Below are positions 1 through 12,756 of a DNA stretch of 64,000 nucleotides, piece after piece. The number at the start of each line of letters is the position of its first letter. Within the stretch, counting starts at the first letter, position 1. Source of the DNA: Eledone cirrhosa. Taxonomy: Eukaryota. A program made the position numbers and the translations under genes. Under the pieces are notes generated by a model. The model was given only the letters and a program-made list of their open reading frames with translations. It made no database searches and had not been told where the DNA came from. Location: contig OZ024743.1 of NCBI GenBank assembly GCA_964016885.1, positions 315,456,001-315,520,000 of the forward strand, read 5' to 3'.

Positions 1-6
1 ATATAT

Positions 7-238
7 ATATGAGAGACGTAAAATAAGAAAATTATAAAATTAACTTACTTACTAAAAAATGGAAGTGATTTTTTAGTAAGTAAGTTAATTTTATAATTTT
101 CTTATTTTACGTCTCTCATATTATTGTTCTGCAACCCCATGCATTGAACCACATTGTTAATAAAACAAAACCTATATATTTGCTAGCATTGATATGCATC
201 TGTGTGTATATAAATGTTACTAGATATAAATTCGTTAT
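7..238. mobile_element. PLE/retrozyme-type terminal fragment, asymmetric foldback (related to the 560-bp repeat family)
   Basis: Perfect ~54-bp inverted arms (7-60 vs 68-121) plus a tail; shares TTTTCTTATTTTACGTC..TATTATTGTTCTGCA..TGCATTGAACCAC with 14911-14964; flanked by (TA)n. Confidence 0.65.
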
Positions 239-258
239 ATATATATATATATATATAT

Positions 259-393
259 ATAATTGTTTCTACTTTTTGGCACAAGGCCACCAATTGCCCA
301 GTGTATTACTGGCACTTTATGTTATCGACCCCGTAAGGATGAAAGGAAAAGTTAACCTCGGCGGGATTCGAACTCAGAATGGCAAGGGCCGTA
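259..393 (-). mobile_element. tRNA-derived SINE, 5'-truncated (major family in this window)
   Basis: Minus strand has B-box GAGTTCGAATCC, central domain CCTTTCATCCTTACGGGGTCGATAA and tail GCCTTGTGCCAAAAAGTAGAAACAATT; matches 18848-19027. Confidence 0.85.
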
Positions 394-479
394 ATGAATT
401 CAAAGTCTGAAAGCCACTACAATGCAGGTTTAGACGGAGCAAAATTAAAGCGTAAGAAACGGACCTTGTTCTTTTAACT

Positions 480-1700
480 TAATTTATTCATATCTCCTGA
501 TATTTCGAGATTAATATATCTTCTTCCGAGGAAAATAAAAGAACTATTCCAGTGACCAATGTGGCTTGCTATACCATACTGGCCGGAAGTGTTTTTTTTC
601 TTTTTTTTCTAATCTCTTCTAACCTCTTCTACCTCTTCTATAGAAAAGCCGCTAGCAGGGAGCTGTTCGTCCATTTCAAATCGACCAACCCCTTGGTGCC
701 AAGTCCGGTTACATAAAGAATGAACTGACACGTATCCGGAATAAATGCAGGACAACATGAAACCAAGACATACACACCACACACTTCTTGGAAGTGCTTA
801 AGCTAAACGGTTAGTCGACATCGACCGTCAACGCGTTAGAAATAGAAAACACCGCATTCGAAGCACGAACTCCACGAACACCTGCTTCATGAAGCATCCA
901 CATTTCACTGATGACACAACAACAGCCATCCGCAGGATCATTTGAAGAGAAGGACTAGACTTACAACTAGTTCACTCGGGGCCCTCACTACGTGGACAAC
1001 TATCTATGAGACGACCTAGAAAACACAACAGACGCTGCACGCTAGCTAACTGCCCCATCAATAACACGGGCATAGGCCATCAAGCATACGTCATGTACAG
1101 AGTCCAGTGTGATAAATGCCACAACTTCTATATAGGTAGCATTACCAGACACCTATACATCAGGATTAAGGAAGATATTAACACTAACGCTTCTTCATTC
1201 CAGAAACACTTAGAAATGCAAAAACACTACCAAAATAATAACAGTTAATGTTGGAACAAAAGAAAGAAACCTCGGCAATATCAGAATTAAGGAAGCATTA
1301 ATCATAACCAAAACACACCGGCAAATCCATAGAAAAACTAGAACTAAGCACACAGTACCTAACATAGAAGGCTACTGGACTCTACACATAAGGGCCCACT
1401 TAGGCCCGTTTACGACCACATTAACCATCTGGGAGAAATCGTGTATATGCATTCATGTGTTAACAGGATTCCACCCATGCGTGTTTACGCATTTGCGTGC
1501 GTGCTTACAGACACACACATGTATGAATGGACGTGTGTGTGTAAGCACGCACGCGTATCTATATTGATGCGTCACATGTCCAGACCTTAATTTTAACACA
1601 AAAGAGGTAAGAAAAAAAAAAGAATAATAAAACCACTTCCAGCCAGCATGGTATAGCAAGCCACGTTGGACATTGGAATAGTTCCTTTATTGTGGTGGCT
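480..1700 (+). mobile_element. Decayed Penelope-like element 3' part (GIY-YIG remnant) with inverted pseudo-LTR
   Basis: ORF 1006-1248 reads CTLANCPI..VMYRVQCDKCHNFYIGSITRHLYIRIKE; 541-591 is an inverted copy of ~1634-1684; decayed HHR at 495-532 (minus, core CGGAAGA). Confidence 0.8.
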
Positions 1701-1718
1701 TTCAAACTTCGAATTCTT

Positions 1719-1926
<208 letters not shown>

Positions 1927-2328
1927 GAAATGGAGAGGGTAAAATATGCAGAACTGAAAAGAAAAGTGTGGAAAATGAGACTAACAGTAATAATTTATGA
2001 ATACTATCTATCGTTGGTTTTCCAATGCCCTGTGTGTTCTAGAGTGTGGCTTTCAAACGCTGGCTTGAAGTTACGTTAACGCTTACATGATGGTAAAATC
2101 CAAGTTGATTATTCAAACATCGTTGCAGAAAATGTTCCCATCAGGTGGTGGATTGAAGAGAGCTCTGAACATACTCAATAAGCAAACGAAGATGGAAAAA
2201 AGAAGGAAATGAGACAGGCTCTCTCGACACAAATGTCATTTGATATCTCATACCTGGAAGGAACAGAAGTGCAAGGCGTGGTCAAGCCATGTATAGTGCA
2301 GACTTTCACACACATACACACACACACA

Positions 2329-2377
<49 letters not shown>

Positions 2378-2546
2378 GAGAGAAAGATAGAGAGATAGAG
2401 GAAATAAAGAGAGAGAGAGAGAGAAAGTGATGTGTTTGTTGTAGCATTTATTTCTTCTCAAGCATTAAACTAATATATTTCTTCAATGTACTATGTCGTT
2501 TGCTTTGTTATTTCTGTGTTTACTTCTTATACATGTTTGTAGATAA

Positions 2547-2592
<46 letters not shown>

Positions 2593-2753
2593 AGAAGTTG
2601 ACGGGCCCAGCGTAGGTATCAATGCTAGGACCGTTGCATCTCAGCGTACTCAATAGGTAATGTAAAATACACTCCCAGGTATACCTATAGTAGTTCCCGA
2701 ACTCGAGTTTTTGCCACAATTAATGCAGCAGTAGGGTGTACTGCACCCTCTGT

Positions 2754-2892
<139 letters not shown>

Positions 2893-3005
2893 TCAAGCGA
2901 TAAGGCTTATTATGCCGTTGTTTATCCCCGTTTTGTGGCGGTAAGCGGCTGAAAGTACAGGCCTCTCAGGATACAGTCCGTCGCATTTTCAGCACCACAC
3001 GCAAC

Positions 3006-3079
3006 CCATCCCAGGACTCGAACCCACGACATTATGATCGTAAGTACAACATCCTTACCACTAGGCCACACGCGTCCAC
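3006..3079 (-). mobile_element. tRNA-like SINE head (second family)
   Basis: Minus strand A-box TGGCCTAGTGG and B-box GGTTCGAGTCC; similar to 17480-17590. Confidence 0.7.
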
Positions 3080-3150
<71 letters not shown>

Positions 3151-3225
3151 CACATATATATGTCTGATGAGTTCGTGTGACAGGTTAACTGATTGAACAA
3201 TTACGCAGCCATATATATATATATA

Positions 3226-4044
3226 TCTTGCTCACATCTCACTCACGTCGGACGGTCTGTAACCCGATCGCTCATTAAATCCACCCAGCTTATGCTTACC
3301 GGATAACCATGTTGCTTGTTTATTCCTATCTTTGCCTTGCTTTCATCCTTCTATGTTGTTTACTTGTCTCACTCGCTTTACGCGATTTACTTGTCCCAAT
3401 AGCTTTATTTAGCTATTGCTCGCACCAACCTGAGGTATATGATTTTTAATGCGATGAAATATCAATGATGGTTGGAAAATCACTGACGAAGGACTATTTT
3501 TATCATATGTAACCCATGTGCAACCACGCAGTATTCTTCTTTCTTCTCATGTTTTTTATATATATTTACCTCGGCTGCGTTTGTCTGTTTCTCTCTTACT
3601 GCTTCCCCGTTCTCTCTGTTGCTCTCACCTTCTTTCGCCCCTCTGTCAGTTACACTTTCTCTCGACTGACCTCTTCCTCGCACTTCCACTGACTCACTCT
3701 CTGTTTCTCCCCTTCTCACTTCCTCCCGTTTGGCTTGTAGTGGGTTCTCTTCTTGCTCACATCTCACTCACGTCGGACGGTCTGAATCACGATCGCTCAT
3801 GAAATCCACCCAGCTTATGCTGACCGGATAACCATGTTGCTTGTTTATTCCTATCATTGCGTTGCTTTCATCCTTCTATGTTGTTTACTTGTCTCACTCG
3901 CTTTACGCGATTTACTTGTCCCAATAGCTTTATTTAGCTATTGCTCGCACCAACCTGGGGTATATGATGGTTCGAAAATCACTGACGAAGGACTATTTTT
4001 ATCATATGTAACCCATGTGCAACAACGCAGTATTCTTCTTTCTT

Positions 4045-4050
<6 letters not shown>
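3226..4050 (+). repeat. Partial tandem of a 525-bp unit between (TA)n tracts, pseudo-LTR/retrozyme-like; only the CTGACGA half-core is recognisable
   Basis: 3226-3560 repeated at 3751-4050. Confidence 0.7.
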
Positions 4051-4091
<41 letters not shown>

Positions 4092-4228
4092 TTACGTGAT
4101 TGTTCAATCAGTTAACTTGTCACACGATCTCATCAGACATATATGTGTGTGTATATATATATGTGTGCGTGTATGTGTGTATGTGTGTGTGCATGTGTGT
4201 GCGTGTGTGTGTGTGTATATATATATAT

Positions 4229-4436
4229 AGAAGTGGTAACACAACAGTTAGTTCACCATACCGAGAACAATTGTTTCACCTTAGCGGACCTTCAGCTCGC
4301 ACAATATTGAAGATCCGTAAGGTGAAACAATTGTTCTCGGTATGGTCAATTAACTGTTGTGTAACGGCTTCTACCAAACTCGTCCCATGGACTGAGTGTC
4401 CTACCACTACGGACATTACCTTCCAGTGTTCTACCT
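4229..4436. mobile_element. Foldback PLE-end element with hammerhead remnants on both arms
   Basis: Inverted arms ~4229-4294 and ~4308-4373; minus CGAG-CTGAAGG-TCCGCTAAGGT-GAAA-CAATTG-TT-CTCG; same family as 15094-15628. Confidence 0.75.
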
Positions 4437-4838
4437 CTCTCTCTCTATATATATATATAACATAATATATTCCTTCTATATACTGTACCGATTGTGTTGT
4501 TATTTTTGTTTATCTTTTATTTATATATATATATATATGATGATGATGATGACACTGATGAGATCGCGTGACTGGTTTCCTGATTGAACAGTCACGCAGC
4601 CACGCTCGTCATTGAAATATTTATTATTTATCACACCTTTTTTAATAAAGGGCACTTTGACATCTACACCGAACTTCCCAGTTTCTTCAATCTCCATACA
4701 CTCCATCACTGATTGACAAATCATATTTGGAAGACACATCATGACTGTGAGTGCTTGAACAGTTTGCGTCATTATTTACTTATTGGTGCGTTGCCTACTC
4801 AACCCTGTTTAGTCAGCATGTTTACCGTATCTATATAT

Positions 4839-4928
<90 letters not shown>

Positions 4929-5328
4929 CTTGGTAGATTAATTTCCGTATATATGCCTACATGAGCGAGGGACATGTGTGTGCATGTGTGTCAAACTAAC
5001 TAGAAATTTCAAATAATAAAATAGTATAGAAATGAAAACTTAGTTCCATAGTCACGACGTAATATATAATTTGTTTTCAAAAATATAATAAAAATGTCGA
5101 TTTTAAGTACCTGAATCTTGCAACCATCATTAAGAATATAAGCTTCACGGGAATAATTTTTTTTCTCTTGGGTTTGAAGTAAAATTTTCAATCTGAATTT
5201 CAAGCAAGCTTATTTTTTCGTTTCACAAAAGTTTAATTAGAGATTTTCGACATTTTAACGATCGCGGCATACTTTTGTTTCATTAAAAATGAATCGACGT
5301 ACTATATATACGAAGTATGTCCAATGCG

Positions 5329-5740
5329 TAATGAGAACATTTCAGGAGAGACATTATTTATTTTCATGTCCGTATAAAATGTTGTTTTCTACAAAATAAT
5401 GTTTTCTCATTTAGATTTTATCGAGGTAACTTCGGTGGTATTGCAATTCAAGACGTAAAGGGACATAACTATATTCCACGAAGCATAATGTTCGATGCTC
5501 TATAGAAACTGCCAAACTAGAGTCCTTCAAAAATATGGTTTCTGATTTAAGCACAAGGGTATGTGGAGACAGGAAGAAGTCACAAGGAGCCAGGTCGCGG
5601 CTGTTGGTCACTGAGATAGTCATCAGCATTGATTTGTGGCATAAGGCATTGTCCAGGCGGAACCACCACTTTTCACAGCTCCATTATTGAGGCCTCTCCT
5701 CCCTCATCCTTTCCCTGAACCGTTTCAGAACTCCGGGGTA
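5329..5740 (-). pseudogene. Mariner transposase 3' remnant
   Basis: Minus-strand translation SRDLAPCDFFLSP matches the mariner YSPDLAPxDF motif; TACGAAGT..-like terminus near 5329. Confidence 0.7.
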
Positions 5741-6544
5741 ATATTGATGTTTAAAAAATGAATACGGTTAGAGTGTTTGTCTTAGGATCATAATGGGTCG
5801 ATGTGTTGTGTCCTTGAACCAGATATTTCATTTTACATTGTTCCCGCCCACTCATCTGAAGAAGGGATAATTACCAACACCAATCTGAGGTAGGATTTAT
5901 CTTTGCGACAGTTATCATCCCTTAATATAAAGCAGGATTCGGTCGATAATATTAAAAAGAAAAAGGTTATTCAAGTAATTATGTTATAGATTGGTGTGTG
6001 CAAATTAACATTCCTTTCCTTTGTCCCGTAACTTCTGAGGGAGTCATAGGGGCGCCATATTGATATATGGTGTTTCTAGGGCATGTTTAACACCTATCAG
6101 CAAAGGAAAAACCAATGGAAACATTGTTTCCTTGGTCCGATTTCACGAGTTCCATCTCACTCAGTAAGCAAATGAGGGATGGCATCTTGTCTATCGATTC
6201 TTTTCATGTTTACTATAACATTGTGTCATTCATTATAACATTCTCTAGTTCACTATAATACTTTATCATTCACTATATTCTGTAGTGAACGATAACATTC
6301 TGTAGTTTAATGCAATATTGTATCGTTCACAATAGTATTGCATACTCCGCCATAACACTTTCTCATTCCCAACATTCTGTCGTACTGTTTAGGAATATAT
6401 TAATATTAATAACATACAAATAATTGAGCATTATTTTTGACAAAAAACACACTATTAAAGGGAATAAAAAGATAAGAAAAAGAGAATTTAAACAAGGAAA
6501 GAAAGGGGGGAGTACAAACACTACACCCCAGTCTGAGCGGTACC

Positions 6545-6835
6545 TCAGCCCCGCCCCGTGATGGCGAATGCGTTACCGCGGAGAAAGGCCAGGGACACCC
6601 GATGCAACAGCCACCCCACATCGCGGAGCTCTCTCGTCAAGCGGGCCGCCCTATTTCCGAATTTAAGAAGGAAATCAGCAGTGCGAGGACCAAGGGTACT
6701 AGTTGTCTCAACAGTGATTGGTGCAAAGAGGAAGCGATTCGGTCAGGTCCCAGTATTTAACTATTTTCTCATCTGAATTGCGGGCAGCGGAGCCCGGCTT
6801 TGTGATCGAGGAAATAAGGTTGGAGGTGGAGAGCG
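6545..6835 (-). pseudogene. CRE-like (RLE) non-LTR retrotransposon 3' remnant
   Basis: Hand translation with one frameshift: EKIVKYWDL/NRFLFAPITVETTSTLGPRTADFLLKFGNRAARLTRELRDVGWLLHRVSLAFLRGNAFAI. Confidence 0.75.
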
Positions 6836-6878
6836 ATTACTACTTCCATTCAGTGTAATACAGTCGTTCACTGTAGAG

Positions 6879-7195
6879 CAGCGATTCTCAACGTTTCTAC
6901 CCTTGTGGAACCCTTGAAATACTTTTCATGTCTCAGGGAACCATTGCATAAACATTATCATACACCATTATTAACATCTATCTCTTTTATATTTTTATCG
7001 CAGTTTGAAGCTTTTATCATAATAACCAAGGTTTTTCCAGCAATATGCCGTACTTTTATAGTAACATTATGAATATGAAATTAAACAAAAATTACTCAAA
7101 AATGCATTGGGTTATTTATCACTGTTTCTCGCAGAACTCCAAGTGACCTCTTGCGGAACCCTAGGGTTCCGGGGCATACCGGTTGAGAAACGCTG
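6879..7195. mobile_element. hAT (Charlie-like) MITE
   Basis: TIRs CAGCGATTCTCAAC / GTTGAGAAACGCTG; perfect 8-bp TSD CTGTAGAG at 6871-6878 and 7196-7203. Confidence 0.92.
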
Positions 7196-7374
7196 CTGTA
7201 GAGCCTTGCTGTTCATCACAACGTCGTATTCACCTTTGCAATTCAAGAGCAAATGAAACGAATTTGCAATAGCTAGAAACCACATCCCTGTTTCTGTTCA
7301 CCAGAAGTGTATCATAGAATAATATAAAGGAATGCCGTGTGGTTATAGCGTATATACCTATATATCACTAGACC

Positions 7375-7768
7375 TGAAAAATGCGCAAGCTCAAAGAAGC
7401 ACAGAATGTTATAATAAACCTTCAAAAGTGTGGGACTAGAGTTGTTGCTCAAAAATATTGTAATCATTATCTATCGTACACTCTGTGGCATCCTTTTATA
7501 AAAAAGAGACGCATAACGAACTCAAGATAACACGATAATTATTTAATGTTCAATCTCATATTAGATGTTTAGTAATGATTAATACGAAATGCACTTAAAC
7601 CGAATTCTATATTATAAATCCACTTAAATAATTATCGTGTCGTCTTGAGTTCGTTATGAGTGTACGATAGATAATGATTACAATATTTTTGAGCAACAAA
7701 TCTAGTCCCACACTTTTCAAGGTTTATTATAACATTCTGTGGCTCTTTTGAGCTTGCGCATTTTTCAT
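7375..7768. repeat. Long imperfect inverted repeat (foldback)
   Basis: TGAAAAATGCGCAAGCTCAAA...TATTTAA (7375-7546) is mirrored at ~7624-7768, with a ~26-bp indel. Confidence 0.85.
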
Positions 7769-8399
7769 AATAATTGTTATAGTTGAATTAATAAAAATTA
7801 AATATTACATACAAATAGTCTAACATAATAATAATAAAAATAATCTAATATAATAATAATAAAATAAACTAACATAAAACGAACAATAATATTGATAAAT
7901 ATACAAGTAAATATGATACAACCAATATTATAAGCATGTTATAACGAACTGAAAAAAAATAGTTAATATAAATTTTAAAAATCATATATAAATTAACAAT
8001 ATAACTTACCAAAACGAGAAAAATATTTTGATAATAAACGACGAAATACAGGAGGAAGATTCGAAAGCGAAACGATAAATAAACGTGCAATAAACGTGCA
8101 AACAAAATGGCAGATGCTTTTGAGCAACAATTACTCTCGTTGGTTGATTAGCCAAGAAGAGGATGAAATTAGCCAATAAGACGATACATTACAAAACAGG
8201 TTTGGCAGCGATCACCACGGCCAGCGACACCCCTTGAATTTTTATTCACAAGTTACGCATATATGTCAGACACGCAGACATAACACATTCTGTTGTTAGT
8301 CACTGCGTGACGGATATCTGTGGTTTTATTTCTTATTTACACCGTCTTAATATGGATGTCATAAGGCTGAGTCGTTACAACGACGAATAAAACGCATTG

Positions 8400-8750
8400 T
8401 GACATTCGCTCAGGCTCTCTGCTCGCTGTGTGCAAATCCTGGCGAGGCCAACTTTGCCTTTCATCCTTTTGAGGTCAATAAAATAAGTACCTGTTAAGCA
8501 CTGCGTCGATTCTTCCTCTATGCATCTTTCTCACTTCCCCTCTCTCACTTTCTATACTTCTCTGGAAGAAATCTGTTATTTTCCGACTTGGATGCTATTT
8601 TCCGATGGGCTCTGCCAGGCTTAAAATGCTCTAGAAACGCTGTATGACTCTACGGCGCGGTTAAGACACCATCAGGAGTTATGGGACTAGACCATACCAA
8701 TATGGTTGCCACAATTCCTACATCATATAATTTCCTTATTCATTATATTG
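8400..8750 (+). mobile_element. Diverged SINE with alternative long 3' tail
   Basis: SINE central domain at ~8430-8500, followed by a tail also seen after the SINE at 53880-54230. Confidence 0.55.
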
Positions 8751-8869
8751 CCCCCGTAACTTGTAAATATATGTACTTCACTTCATGAACTATATCTCAT
8801 ATATATATACATGTGTAAGTGTGTATGTGTGCGTGTGTGTTTATGTGCGTGCGTGTATACACACTCACA

Positions 8870-11800
8870 GAAACCAACCCCAAAACAACATCGAACTAAC
8901 CCGCAATACAAACACCATACACTCCAGAAGAAACCCACACAGACCACATGCAATTCCAACAAAACCTCTCCACACTAACAACTACAACATGTATCACCCC
9001 CAATACTACAAGAAACAACCCCACAACATCAACACTATGCATCCCAGAAGGAACCCACCCAGACCACATGAACCCACAACAGATCCCTTACACAATAACA
9101 ACTACAACAGATACCACCCCCATCACCACATTAACTCTCATGTAAAAACTAACTACAGACCCATCCAAAACAACAAGCAGACTAAAATTACAACCAAAAG
9201 AACATTCCTTTTTTAGGAACGAGACTGAAATACCAGGACACCCGATGGCCCCACTCATGAGAACCAACACACAAATTAATATTTTAAGTAAGGGACTGAA
9301 ATTTACACCCAAACCACCAAAATCTATCTTCCCCGAAATGAAAGATGACTTCATGGAATTCTGCCGAAAACTCATACTAATAGAATACTTCTCTAATGAC
9401 AACAACACTGAAGACGAATCAATAGTCAGAAACAGAAAGGGAGGGACACATCCCTGGACACCTACTGCGATCGCACCATCAACTTTTCCTATGAACAAAT
9501 CACAAATAAACACACGAAATCGAACCTCTCCAAACACGAATGGAAAGAATTATTCACACTGCGAAACAACACTGAAATAACCATCAAAGAAGCTGATAAA
9601 GGAGCACTGTAGTCATTATGGACACTGACTACTATAGAGACCTGGCACTCAAAATCTTAGACGGCAACAGATACTACGAAAAAACAACAAACTACAAACA
9701 AACTAAAACTATGGGGACCCTCCTAGCATTACTGCAAGAATACCGCAGTAGCCTAACCACAAAGGAATTTGAATACTTTAGCCATTTCAAATGTAATACA
9801 AGTGCCTTCTACGGCTTACCGAAGATACATAAATGTAAACCCATAAGCAATGCATTCGACACCTCAACTAACAAATACATACAATTAACACCACCAGAAG
9901 ACTTAACACTCAGACCAAATATAGCAGGCTCTGCATGTGAAACCCACAGACTTAGCAACTTCTGGACATCTTACTGGAGCCCTTTCTAAAACATATACAG
10001 AGCTAAATACGAGATGACCTGGATATGCTGAACCACCTACCCAAAACAGTAAGTGAAAACACTATTCTAGTCTCCTTTGACGTAATAAATCTCTACACTA
10101 ACATACCCCATAACTATGGAATAACAGCAATCCAGTTTTGGCTACACACTCACCAATCAGAAATACCAACACGCATCAACAAAAAACTTCATTATTGATG
10201 GATTCCAATTTATCTTACAGAACAATTTCTTTACTTTCAATGACTCAACATACCGGCAAATCTCAGGAACTCCAATGGGCACAAAGGTAGCCCACATACG
10301 CCAACTTAGTCATGGGATTCCACGAACAACAAATCCACAACCAATCCCTTCTATTATTCGGAGACTCTTTCCTTACTCATCTCAAAAATAACTGGAAGAG
10401 ATACCTCGACGATTGCTTCATTCTATGGCAGGAAAACACAAATACACTCACGATTTTCAAGAATATGATTAACAACATTAACAATAATATACAATTCACA
10501 ATAGAATCTAACTCCAAGGAATTAGCCTTCCTGGATATTCTCATTCTAAAAACAGATGGGAAAATAGAGACAGACATGTTTTACAAACCAACGGACTCCA
10601 AACAGTACCTCCTATTCACATCAAATGACCCAAAACATACAAAACTTAACATCCCTTTCAATTTAGCCAAACGTATATGCACCATAATATCAGACTCAGC
10701 TAAACGGGAACAAATACTAAATGAACTAAAAAACACACTTACCTTAAGAGCCTTCCCACTTGACATAATTAATAACGGAATAGACAAAGCAAAACACGCA
10801 AATTTTCATCAACCCAACATCCCAAAGCAAAGAACCACAAACAATACCTTACCATATGTAACCACGTTTAACCTCAGAAACACCGAAATGTTCGACCTCC
10901 TACACAAGATCATCAAAGCAAAAAGCAACCAAAATCACTAAAACACATTCTCACTGGAACAAAGACACACAAACCTATCTCCAACCTAACTTTAACAAAA
11001 TGCGGAAGAACAAACTGTGGAACTTAACTGAAGTACATACATTCACGTTTAAAGATGGCCAAACTTTCACAGTGAAAAACAACTTCACTTGCAACACGGA
11101 GAACCTAATCTATGTAAGCACATGTGGTGGTTGTCAACATAACTATATAGGAGAGACGAGGGTGTCATTAGGCAAAAGAATGACCATCCATCGCCAATAA
11201 ATCTGAGACGTAAACACAAGAAAAATCTCCTAAAGCAGCCACATTGCAGATTGTGTAGGAATGACTCTCCCCAACTTTAAAATCTCCATCCTTTACAAGT
11301 GCTCCGATTCTTTCACTCAACAACAAAGAATAAATAAGTAAAAACTATTTATTAATAAATTTAAACCAAAACTAAATATGTAATCACCCCTCATTAGTCC
11401 ACACACACACGCGCGCGCGCACTAAATTCTTTTCTAATTTGTAGACCTTTAGATTCCGAGAACCCTTTGGCTCTTAGCCTTTAACTTTTGACAATTTTAG
11501 GAATTTTGTGGGAAGGAAAAGTTACTTAATTCTCTCTGTGTGTATATATTTATCTATTTACTCATTCATGTATATATACACACGCACTGTGTCTCGTTTT
11601 GGAAATACTTTTTAGGATCTTTTAAGAATTTCTCTTTAAGAATGATTTTTTGCAGAGAGACTTTTTTTAAGGTATTGTTTTTAAGTTTTTGTGAATTCTG
11701 CGAATCCTTTGAATTTCAGTTCTTAACTTTTGCCAATTCTCTGAATTTTGGAGAGAGAAGAATTTTTTCTTCTTTCCCCGCTACAAAAGTAACTTTAACA

Positions 11801-12300
11801 GATAAACTGTAAAAACACACACACAACAACAACCCCACACATCATATATACGCACACATATTTGTGCATACATATACGCACACACCCACATGTGTGTACT
11901 GTTGTATATACACCCTCACACTCTCTCTATACATGTGTGTGTGTATGTATGTGTGTGTGGGTATGTACACATACCAACCTACCACATTAGTCAGCACCTA
12001 CAACAGTAGTCAGCACCTACAACCCCCTACCCCCTTTTGAACTATTGACCACTAGATTAATCAAAACAACTTGGCCTCATTCCATGCCAACTTTTCACAA
12101 GGTATGATGAAAGAAATTTTGCTCAAACATTCGTTTTTGATTTTAATTAAAATTTTAAACCCTTTTTTTACTCCCTTTTTAATTAACTTTTTTCACTAAA
12201 TTTGACAAAATGGATTTTAATACATCGAAACCGGTAATTTTTTCATACACTTTATATACTTCATAAGAAAATTTTCAAAAAATAATTGTCACTCTTTTTT
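8870..12300 (+). mobile_element. Near full-length decayed Penelope-like element (RT + C-terminal GIY-YIG, possibly Neptune-like)
   Basis: Frameshifted segments ILSKGLKFTPKP, FYGLPKIHK..LRP, RYLDDCFILW, LAFLDILI, FYKPTDSKQYL, NLIYVSTCGGCQHNYIGET; ~900-nt 3' UTR ending in an HHR-like motif. Confidence 0.92.
12198..12240 (+). ncRNA. Minimal type I hammerhead ribozyme, U3-A8 variant (weak stem II)
   Basis: AAAT-TTGACAA-AATG..CATC-GAAA-CCG-GTA-ATTT; stem III palindrome ACCGGT; in the PLE 3' UTR. Confidence 0.6.
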
Positions 12301-12487
12301 TAATAACTGTTTCTACTTTAGGCACAAGGCCAGCAATTACCAAGTGCATTACTAGTACTTTATTTTTTTAATAATGTCACTTTGATGAATCAAAAAAAGA
12401 AAAACAGACCCTTAAACATATCTCCCGTGCTACTTCCAATTTCATCTTTTCTCTCTACCCACTGTTTTGTATAGAACCTCACTTCCC

Positions 12488-12585
<98 letters not shown>

Positions 12586-12721
12586 GAATATTTAGAAAAA
12601 TCGAATCTCTGGCGGTTTGCAAGCAAATTCGGCCTGCTTATGAGGTGATGAGTTAGCAAAGCACTCGATAAGTTAGGTCCGTAGAGTAATAACATACGTT
12701 TAAATAGCTTGAAAAATCTAA

Positions 12722-12754
<33 letters not shown>

Positions 12755-12756
<2 letters not shown>

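Noticed and set aside
8870-12300. Naiad/Chlamys-type (selenoprotein, permuted-domain) PLE
   Set aside because: GIY-YIG is C-terminal to the RT here and the interruptions are frameshifts and TAA stops, not in-frame TGA
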